From assembly GCA_963805065.1 (NCBI GenBank), contig CAWDSS010000016.1, forward strand, positions 1,084-65,083: 64,000 bases of DNA. Direction: 5' to 3'. Below, in pieces: positions 45,419 through 53,177 of the stretch (positions are counted from its first letter, which is position 1; each line of letters starts with the position of its first letter). The stretch is from Candidatus Omnitrophota bacterium. GTDB taxonomy: Bacteria > Omnitrophota > Gorgyraeia > Gygaellales > Profunditerraquicolaceae. The notes under the pieces were generated by a model, which was not told where the DNA came from, ran no database searches, and worked only from the letters and a program-made list of their open reading frames with translations. Both the position numbers and the translations under genes were made by a program.

Positions 45419-48400
45419 ATGTATTTTAAGAGGCTGGAATTAATAGGGTTTAAATCTTTCTGCGACAAAACAACCTTAAATTTTGAGCCGGGTATTACTG
45501 CGGTTGTCGGGCCGAATGGCTGCGGTAAATCCAATATTTTTGATTCTGTACGTTGGGTACTGGGGGAGCAGTCGGCAAAATCCTTGCGTGGCTCGGAAAT
45601 GCAGGATGTAATTTTTAACGGCACGGATTTAAAGGAACCATTAGGCATGGCAGAGGTTACCCTTACCTTTGACAATGAGAAAAGATTTTTTAATGTTGAC
45701 CACCCTGAGGTTGCGATTACCAGAAGGCTGTTTCGCTCAGGGGAAAGCGAATACTTGTTGGATAAAACTCCCGTGCGCCTGAAGGATATTCTGGATTTGC
45801 TTTTGGGCACGGGCATTGGCGCTGAAAGTTATTCCATAGTCGCACAAGGTAAAATAGATTTGGTTTTGAGTTCCCGGCCTGAAGACAGGCGGTTAGTTTT
45901 TGATGAGGCCTCAGGTATTACAAAATATAAGGCACAGAAAAGAGAGGCCACAAGAAAACTGGAAGAGACCGAGCAAAATCTCCTTCGTGTAAACGATATC
46001 GTTACGGAAGTAAAACGCCAAATAGGCAGCCTTGAGCGCCAGGCTAATAAAGCGCGCAGGTACAAAGAACTTTTTGAAGAACTAAAGCAAAAAGAGCGCA
46101 ACCTCGCAGTTTTTCAGAAAAATGAATTGTCGGAGCAAAAAGAATCGCTGATAAAAGAATTACAGGAATTGCAAACCCAGGAAAGCGGACTTTTTAATCT
46201 TATAAATGAACAGGAAGCTAAAATCCACAACCGCCAGGCCGAGCTTAAATCCTTAGAAGATAACATCATGAATATAAGAAACGAAATACTCAATGCAGAA
46301 AACCAGGTAATAAGGAATATTGAACACATCAGTTTCAATAAAGAAAAGGGCCTTGAGCTATTGGCCAACAAGAAATTTCTCGAAGAGCAGCTTGCACAGA
46401 CAAGAAATAAGCTCACCCAGGATGAAGAGAAGCTAAATAACGTTAGGTGCGAATATGACGGCATCAGAAAAAACATTGAGGCAAAAACAAAGATAGTGGC
46501 AGAAAATGAGTCACTGATTAACAACCTCGCAGCGGCTATAAAAAATTCACTGGAGGCCATTGCCAACACAAAAAAACATATTCTGGAATTGGTAACCTCT
46601 ATAGCCAATATCAGGAATGAAATATCGGACTTTGGCTCAAAGCAGCAAATTTACCTTGCCCGCAAAAAAAGGCTGGAGATTGAAAAAGCAAAAGTCTACG
46701 AAGAAAAGGCGATAACCGAAACCAGCCTGGATATGATTATCCGGGAAGTAGAGTCAATAAAAGGCATTATTGAAACCATAAATCTTAAGATACAGGGATT
46801 TAGCATTGAACTCGAAAAAGGAAAATCTGCACTGGCAATGCTCAATTTAGACTTGGAGCGTACGGAAAAAGACAAGCTTACGCTGGAATCACATAAGGAG
46901 TTTCTGGATAAGCTCAAGACAAAATATGAAGGAATAGGCGAATCTATGAATGCGGTAATCCTTCTTGATAAAATGCCTTTAGAAAATATGAGCGGGCTGG
47001 TGGTAAAAATAAAAAATCAACTTAGCTTAAGCGAGTCTGAAAAAGAGAGCGTTAATTCTTACGGCTTTAAGTTATCCGGAGAGGCAAAGCCCATAGAGCT
47101 GGATACGCGTAAAATTGAGGAAAAGTTAAAATCCCTGCAGGAACGTTTAGAGGTATTAAATAATGAAAAGCAGGGAAAGGAATCGCGAATTGATGAATTT
47201 AATAAATCGACGCAGGGTTTAAGGGAAGAATTACGCAGCAACGAAATCACCCTGGCGAATAAAGAAACTTCACGTTCTACGATCCTGGAACAGTTTAATA
47301 AAATAAAGGAAGAAGAAGACGTGATAGTAATTGAGCTAAAGGAGGTAGAAAAGGAAATTTCTGTCTTGGGAAATAACATTGCAGTAAGCTCAAAGCGCCT
47401 TACGGAATTGAATAAACAACAAATCGAATCCTCGGATTTAATTTCCCGGGAAGAAGAGAGCATTTCTAAAAACAGTAAGCTTCGGGAAGGTGTATTAGTT
47501 GTTATCACACAGGCTAAAACAGAGTTAGTCGCATTGCACAAGCGTATTACCTCTGACGAAGCGACTCTAAAAATCCTTCAGGATACCTTTGACCAAGACA
47601 AGGATAATTTTTCCAACGTAGAAAAACAGATTAAAGAAACGGATATCAAGCAAGAGGCGCTCCAAGAGGAAATCAAGGAATGCGAAGCCAAAATTAGTGA
47701 AACCAACGAAGAGATAAATTATAAAAAAGTTTCACTGGCTGAGAGTGAAAACAAATACAAGCAAGTTTCTGTCGGCGCAGCCGACGTAATTAAAAAAATA
47801 GAATCAGACAGAAAAGCGCTCGATATATTAAAGAAAGGTTTGTATGACCTGCAGATGCAAAATAAAGACATAGATTATAAATTTAGCAGCTTAAAGGATA
47901 GGATGCAACAGGCTTATAAGATAGATTTGGATACACAGGAACCTTTGGTTTTGGAATTGGATATTCAGGTTTTAGGGCAGGAGATAGAAAGGCTTAAAGT
48001 TAAGCTGGATTCTTACGGAACGGTAAACCTGGTCGCCATAGAAGAGTATGATGAGTTAAAGAAGCGCTATGATTTCCTCATCCAGCAGCAAACCGACCTT
48101 GATTGTGCCAAGGAATCTTTGCATCAGGCAATATTGAAGATTAACCGCACCACCAAGCAGATGTTCATGGAGACTTTTGAAAAGGTGCGCGAAGAATTCA
48201 AGAATTATTTCAGGCTCTTGTTTAACGGAGGAGATGCCCAGGTGTTTTTAATTGACGAGCACGATCCGCTTGAGTCAGGCATAGAGATTATCTGCAGGCC
48301 ACCCGGGAAAAAATTGCAGAATGTTCTTTTGCTTTCAGGCGGGGAAAAATCCATGTCAGCCATCGCGCTTATATTTGCCATATTTAAAGTAAAGCCTTCC

Positions 48401-48652
48401 CCGTTTTGTATTTTGGATGAGATCGACGCTGCTTTGGATGAGGCGAATGTCAATAGGTTCTCAAAAATCCTGCAGGAATTTGCCAAGACTTCGCAATTCA
48501 TAGTAATTACCCATAACAAAAGGACAATTGCCAATGCCAACGTGATGTATGGTATTACTATGGAGCAGTCAGGAATCTCAAAGATTGTTTCGGTTAAGTT
48601 TGCTAATGACAAACAGCAGGATAAAACTGAGGAAGTCGTAGCTGTAGCGTAA
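45419..48652 (+). CDS. smc: chromosome segregation protein SMC
   Basis: start at ATG 45419 after AAGGAGAG; GPNGCGKSN Walker A, long coiled coils, hinge, LSGGEKS signature, ILDEIDAALD Walker B. Confidence 0.9.
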   Translation: MYFKRLELIGFKSFCDKTTLNFEPGITAVVGPNGCGKSNIFDSVRWVLGEQSAKSLRGSEMQDVIFNGTDLKEPLGMAEVTLTFDNEKRFFNVDHPEVAITRRLFRSGESEYLLDKTPVRLKDILDLLLGTGIGAESYSIVAQGKIDLVLSSRPEDRRLVFDEASGITKYKAQKREATRKLEETEQNLLRVNDIVTEVKRQIGSLERQANKARRYKELFEELKQKERNLAVFQKNELSEQKESLIKELQELQTQESGLFNLINEQEAKIHNRQAELKSLEDNIMNIRNEILNAENQVIRNIEHISFNKEKGLELLANKKFLEEQLAQTRNKLTQDEEKLNNVRCEYDGIRKNIEAKTKIVAENESLINNLAAAIKNSLEAIANTKKHILELVTSIANIRNEISDFGSKQQIYLARKKRLEIEKAKVYEEKAITETSLDMIIREVESIKGIIETINLKIQGFSIELEKGKSALAMLNLDLERTEKDKLTLESHKEFLDKLKTKYEGIGESMNAVILLDKMPLENMSGLVVKIKNQLSLSESEKESVNSYGFKLSGEAKPIELDTRKIEEKLKSLQERLEVLNNEKQGKESRIDEFNKSTQGLREELRSNEITLANKETSRSTILEQFNKIKEEEDVIVIELKEVEKEISVLGNNIAVSSKRLTELNKQQIESSDLISREEESISKNSKLREGVLVVITQAKTELVALHKRITSDEATLKILQDTFDQDKDNFSNVEKQIKETDIKQEALQEEIKECEAKISETNEEINYKKVSLAESENKYKQVSVGAADVIKKIESDRKALDILKKGLYDLQMQNKDIDYKFSSLKDRMQQAYKIDLDTQEPLVLELDIQVLGQEIERLKVKLDSYGTVNLVAIEEYDELKKRYDFLIQQQTDLDCAKESLHQAILKINRTTKQMFMETFEKVREEFKNYFRLLFNGGDAQVFLIDEHDPLESGIEIICRPPGKKLQNVLLLSGGEKSMSAIALIFAIFKVKPSPFCILDEIDAALDEANVNRFSKILQEFAKTSQFIVITHNKRTIANANVMYGITMEQSGISKIVSVKFANDKQQDKTEEVVAVA

Positions 48653-48660
48653 AAACAAGT

Positions 48661-49824
48661 TTAACAGCAGATTGTATTCTTGCCTGTCTTTTTTGCCTGA
48701 TAGAGTAATTTGTCGGAAGTAGAGATTAGCTCTGAAGCAGTCTGCCCGTCTTCGGGGTAAGTAGCCAGGCCCAGGCTGATAGTCAGTTTTTTCTGAGGCA
48801 GAATCTCTTCATTAACAAAGGCGTGCCTTTCAATATCCATTCTTAAGCGCTCAGCAATTAGAAGCGCTTCTTTTTTTTCTGTCTGAGGCAGGATTATGGT
48901 AAATTCCTCCCCGCCGTACCTGCATACATAATCCATTTTCCGGGACTGGTTTTTAAGAATCAAGGCCAGTTCCTTAAGGATGTTGTCTCCTGCCTGATGC
49001 CCAAGCTGATCGTTATAAACTTTGAAGTCGTCAATATCCAGCATGACCAGGCTTAAATGCGTTGAAGTTGCTTTAGCCTTTTCTACTTCCATATGCAGCA
49101 GGAACTGAAAATATCCGTGGTTCCATAATTCAGTGAGAGAGTCCAGGTGTGCCAGCATTACTGTTTTCTCATAAAGTTGCGAGTTTTCAATTGCCAGGCC
49201 TGCCTGGTTTGCTAACATGGTCAGCATACGAATATCGTCTTTGGTAATAGGTTTTCGTGTAATGAGATTATCCGCGACTATCAATCCATTAACCTTATCT
49301 TTAGCCTTAAGGGGAACCAAGACCAGTTCCTCACTGTTTAACATTTTTACAATAGGGGAGTTTTGATAGTTTTTTATGGTTTCTCTGGTTAGGTGCAGTG
49401 GCATACCTTCTAATACGGCTAAGGCTAGTAGATTCTCATTCTTATCCTGCAAAGAGACTTTAAGATTCTGTACCTGTCTGCTAAACCCGGATAAAAATAC
49501 GCCGTTTGAGGTTTTGTATACGTTGATGAGATCGTCCAAATTCATGCGTTCTTCTTCAATCTGGGTCCACATCCGGTTGGCCTCTTCTCCGGTCTCAGGA
49601 CCAATAGCCATTTTGCCCTCTATAAGGTTTTCCTTCCTATTGATTAAGAAAAGTAAGGCCCGGTTAAGGCCCAAGCCAATATGCGCAGTTACGCCGGTTA
49701 AGATGATGTATAAAATTTCATCCAGTTTAAGCGTGGTGCGCATGGCGTTGGATATCTCATGGAGTATGCCAAGCTCCATTCTTGTGCGGTCTAATTCCTG
49801 TTTTATTTTGGTTATGTCATCCAT
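48661..49824 (-). CDS. GAF-domain diguanylate cyclase (GGDEF) with intact I-site
   Basis: N-terminal GAF-like region; RKMD-x5-GGEEF (RxxD inhibitory site plus GGEEF active site). Confidence 0.85.
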   Translation of the reverse strand: MDDITKIKQELDRTRMELGILHEISNAMRTTLKLDEILYIILTGVTAHIGLGLNRALLFLINRKENLIEGKMAIGPETGEEANRMWTQIEEERMNLDDLINVYKTSNGVFLSGFSRQVQNLKVSLQDKNENLLALAVLEGMPLHLTRETIKNYQNSPIVKMLNSEELVLVPLKAKDKVNGLIVADNLITRKPITKDDIRMLTMLANQAGLAIENSQLYEKTVMLAHLDSLTELWNHGYFQFLLHMEVEKAKATSTHLSLVMLDIDDFKVYNDQLGHQAGDNILKELALILKNQSRKMDYVCRYGGEEFTIILPQTEKKEALLIAERLRMDIERHAFVNEEILPQKKLTISLGLATYPEDGQTASELISTSDKLLYQAKKTGKNTICC

Positions 49825-49960
49825 AGGTTATAACTGTAACATATTTTTCTGGCAGTGTCAATCCTTGTTCTTTTTTAGGCATAACTGTAAGATTTTGCTG
49901 TTGGTTACGTCTATTTAAACAGGAGGGGGGTGATTGGTGTGAGGAGATGACAATATTTGT

Positions 49961-49989
49961 TTGACATGTCAAGATTGGTGGGTTATAAT
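49961..49989 (+). promoter_or_regulatory. sigma-70-type promoter upstream of recA with perfect consensus (TTGACA-17-TATAAT); the -35 lies in a 12-bp palindrome
   Basis: TTGACA 49961-49966, TATAAT 49984-49989; TTGACATGTCAA (49961-49972) is a perfect palindrome. Confidence 0.6.
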
Positions 49990-50031
49990 ATAAAACTCTA
50001 TTAAGCTTAAATTCTAAGATGGGAGGCAAAA

Positions 50032-51054
50032 ATGGTATTAGATAAGAAAAAAGAAGAATTGCACAATATTTCTGACCGTCAGAAGGCCCTGGAACTTGCC
50101 CTTTCTCAGATAGAGAAACAATTCGGAAAAGGTTCAATCATGAAATTAGGAGGAGAAGTCAAGGTTAACGTAGAAACAATTCCTACGGGTGCTTTGACTT
50201 TGGATTTAGCTTTGGGTGTAGGTGGCCTTCCGAAGGGCAGGGTTATTGAGATTTTCGGTCCGGAAGCTTCGGGAAAGACCACGATTACTTTAACCGCAAT
50301 AAGAGAGATACAGAAAAAGGGCGGGGTTGCTGCTTTTATTGATGCGGAACACGCCTTTGATTCCACTTATGCTAAAATTATCGGACTGAATCTGGATGAC
50401 CTTTTGATTTCACAGCCGGATACCGGAGAACAGGCTTTAGAGATTGCCGAAACACTGGTACGTTCAAATGCGGTTGATTTAGTGGTAATCGATTCTGTTG
50501 CCGCTCTTACCCCGCGCGCAGAAATAGAAGGCGAGATGGGGGATTCTCACATGGGTTTACAGGCTAGGTTAATGTCCCAGGCGCTAAGAAAACTTACTGG
50601 AGCAATAAGCAAATCGCGCACCTGTGTAATATTTATCAACCAGATTAGAGAAAAAATCGGCGTGATGTTTGGTTCGCCGGAGACAACGCCGGGAGGTAGG
50701 GCCCTTAAATTCTATTCTTCTGTCAGGTTAGACGTGAGAAGAATTGCTTCGTTAAAAGAGGGTGATGCAGTAGTCGGGGGCAGGGTGAGGGTTAGAGTAG
50801 TAAAGAATAAAGTCGCTCCGCCATTTAAAGAGGCAGAATTCGAAATTTTACATAATGAAGGAATCTCTAAGACAGGCGCTATTTTGGATGCGGCAGTTAA
50901 CTCGGAAGTAGTGGCTAAATCCGGCACATGGCTATCTTTCCGTGACGAAAAATTAGGACAGGGCAGGGACGCTTCCATAAAATTACTGAAAGAAAAAACT
51001 AAGATACGGGATGAGATAGAGAAAGAGGTTAGGAAAAAAATAGGTTTGGGTTAA
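50032..51054 (+). CDS. recA: recombinase A
   Basis: GPEASGKTT Walker [10 protein letters not shown], canonical RecA sequence throughout. Confidence 0.97.
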   Translation: MVLDKKKEELHNISDRQKALELALSQIEKQFGKGSIMKLGGEVKVNVETIPTGALTLDLALGVGGLPKGRVIEIFGPEASGKTTITLTAIREIQKKGGVAAFIDAEHAFDSTYAKIIGLNLDDLLISQPDTGEQALEIAETLVRSNAVDLVVIDSVAALTPRAEIEGEMGDSHMGLQARLMSQALRKLTGAISKSRTCVIFINQIREKIGVMFGSPETTPGGRALKFYSSVRLDVRRIASLKEGDAVVGGRVRVRVVKNKVAPPFKEAEFEILHNEGISKTGAILDAAVNSEVVAKSGTWLSFRDEKLGQGRDASIKLLKEKTKIRDEIEKEVRKKIGLG

Positions 51055-51083
51055 GGGGTAAGGGTTAAGGAGGGTTGAGGGTT

Positions 51084-52571
51084 ATGAGAAAAAAAAATAT
51101 CATTATCGGCTTAACTTTCTTATTGATGGGAGTGGTTACGGGGCTTGCATTCGCTCAGAGTAAAAATGTGCCATTATCTCCGGCGCAGCCTTCAACTTTC
51201 GAAGGCTTCAGGATGGAAGATGCGGTAATAAATGTTGCCAGTACTACCGGCAAAGCTGTAGTATCCATAAGCACTGAACATACTGAAAAAATCAAAGGTG
51301 TACGTAGGTATTATTTTAACGGCCCAATGGGAGAATCGCCTTTCGGGGGAGATGATCCTTTTCGCAAATTCTTTGATGATTTTTTCGGTGACATGCCTAA
51401 TAGGGAATATAAACAAATGGGTTTAGGGTCAGGAGTAATCATAAACCCGCAAGGTTACATTTTAACCAATGAGCACGTGATTAATGATGCCGATAAGATA
51501 ACCGTAACTCTCTCCGACGGCAGGGAATTCAAAGGAGAAATAAAAGGCAGGGATAGCCGCTCTGATCTTGCAGTGATAAAGATAAGTGCGGCTAATCTAC
51601 CTGTAGCAAACCTGGGGAGTTCGGATTCCCTCAAGATCGGGCAATGGGTTGTGGCAATCGGCAATCCTTTTGGTTTTGCCATGCAGAATCCTGAGCCGAC
51701 AGTAACTATGGGAGTTATCAGCGCGCTTCACCGTTCGTTAGGTGTAACTGTTTCACGAGATAAGGATTACAATGACCTTATCCAGACCGATGCTGCCATA
51801 AACCCGGGAAATTCCGGAGGCCCTTTGGTGAATCTTAAGGGTGAAGTAGTAGGCATAAACGTGGCAATATTCTCTACCACAGGAGGATATCAGGGTGTAG
51901 GTTTTGCCATACCCATTAATAATGCAAAGAGAGTACTCTCGCGCCTTATCGAAGGCAAAAAGATAACATATGGCTGGTTAGGCGTAACTGTCCAGGATTT
52001 AAATGATGACTTAGCCAAATACTTCGGCTTACAGGATAAAAGCGGCGTGTTAGTAGCGAAGGTGTTAGAAGACGGCCCTGCGAAAGTAGGAGGAATTAAA
52101 GCCGGCGATGTAATTAAGCAATTCAATAATCAGCCGATTAACAATGTAAGAGATTTATTGAATAAGGTCGGTCGTGCTGAAATAGGCAAAAAAGTTAAGG
52201 TGATGGTAATCAGAGATAAATTAGAGCTGGCACTGGAAGTGCAGGTAGCGGAAAGGCCGAGTAATCTTGAAGAAATACAGGAAGGCGAAAATCCTGCAGC
52301 CGGTAACTGGCGCGGTATATCCGTAGAGGACTTGAATTCAGAAAATGCCCGGCGTCTTAAAACAGAAGAGAATATCGGGGTAGTTATAACAAATATTGAT
52401 TCAGGCAGCCCCGCGGACAATGCCGGATTAATACCGGGAGATGTTATCGTAGAGATAAATAAACAGCCGGTCAAAAACATTTCTGATTACGATAAGATAA
52501 CTAAAAATCTCAAAGGAAATGTTTTGGTAAGAACCTCCCGCGGATATTTTTTGGTAAAGGGAGATAGTTAA
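51084..52571 (+). CDS. htrA: periplasmic serine endoprotease HtrA/DegP/DegQ family with two PDZ domains
   Basis: ATG 51084 after AAGGAGGG; catalytic TNEHV / DLAVIKI / GNSGGPLV triad motifs; two PDZ-like regions. Confidence 0.9.
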   Translation: MRKKNIIIGLTFLLMGVVTGLAFAQSKNVPLSPAQPSTFEGFRMEDAVINVASTTGKAVVSISTEHTEKIKGVRRYYFNGPMGESPFGGDDPFRKFFDDFFGDMPNREYKQMGLGSGVIINPQGYILTNEHVINDADKITVTLSDGREFKGEIKGRDSRSDLAVIKISAANLPVANLGSSDSLKIGQWVVAIGNPFGFAMQNPEPTVTMGVISALHRSLGVTVSRDKDYNDLIQTDAAINPGNSGGPLVNLKGEVVGINVAIFSTTGGYQGVGFAIPINNAKRVLSRLIEGKKITYGWLGVTVQDLNDDLAKYFGLQDKSGVLVAKVLEDGPAKVGGIKAGDVIKQFNNQPINNVRDLLNKVGRAEIGKKVKVMVIRDKLELALEVQVAERPSNLEEIQEGENPAAGNWRGISVEDLNSENARRLKTEENIGVVITNIDSGSPADNAGLIPGDVIVEINKQPVKNISDYDKITKNLKGNVLVRTSRGYFLVKGDS

Positions 52572-52632
52572 TTCATAAATATAATTCCTAATGTCTAAAT
52601 CCTGATGTCTAATAAATGCCTAATTCTAAAAT

Positions 52633-52693
52633 AAAGGGGACGTTTCTATTTTTAACGTCTCCTAATCAGAAGAAAAATAGAAACGTCCCCTTT
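52633..52693 (+). repeat. conserved palindromic intergenic element, copy 2 (after htrA); probable intrinsic terminator
   Basis: AAAGGGGACGTTTCTATTTTT - AACGTCTCCTAATCAGAAG - AAAAATAGAAACGTCCCCTTT. Confidence 0.8.
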
Positions 52694-52703
52694 ATTATTA
52701 AAA

Positions 52704-53177
52704 TTGAACAAAGATCCCTTTGAAAAAGCACGAGAATATGCATTCCTGCTGCTTAAGTTCAGGCAGCGCAGCGAAAAAGAAATTTATCAACGCCTTAAAA
52801 GGAAAAAATTCCCAGAATCTGTAATAAAAGAAACAGCCTTATTCTTAAAAAATAAAGGGTTTATTGATGATGTTCAGTTTAGCAAGGCCTGGATTGAATC
52901 GCGGCTTAAGAAACCTTTAGGCCTAAGAAAAATCAGGCAGGAATTAAATCTAAAAGGCATAGATAAAGAAATTATCGAAAGCCAGTTAAGTAAAATAAAA
53001 GATAATTATCAGGAAGACGAAATAGTATTAAAAATTGCCAAAGAGAGGCTGATCAGGCTAAAGGGTATAGGCCCTGATAATGCAAAAAGACGGCTTTTTT
53101 CATATCTTTTGCGCCGCGGGTTCTCTCCGGAAATAGTCACGGATACTGTTTCACAATTATGCAAGCATACATCTTAA
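52704..53177 (+). CDS. recX: recombination regulator RecX (TTG start)
   Basis: three-repeat helical pattern, A..YAFLLL..R.RSEKE...L..K.F, FIDD..F, about 157 aa. Confidence 0.75.
   Translation: MNKDPFEKAREYAFLLLKFRQRSEKEIYQRLKRKKFPESVIKETALFLKNKGFIDDVQFSKAWIESRLKKPLGLRKIRQELNLKGIDKEIIESQLSKIKDNYQEDEIVLKIAKERLIRLKGIGPDNAKRRLFSYLLRRGFSPEIVTDTVSQLCKHTS

Noticed and set aside
45829-47541. Several 70-165-aa minus-strand ORFs rich in S, F and L
   Set aside because: They are antisense to the E/K/L-rich coiled-coil region of smc. The codon-complement bias of coiled-coil genes routinely yields such open antisense frames.
49376-49918. 180-aa plus-strand ORF
   Set aside because: It is antisense to the GAF-GGDEF gene, whose GGEEF/RxxD motifs establish the minus-strand frame as the real one.
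49825-50031. Known LexA/SOS boxes upstream of recA
   Set aside because: I found no CTGT-N8-ACAG or GAAC-N4-GTTC match by eye. Only the TTGACATGTCAA palindrome is reported, as a hypothesis.
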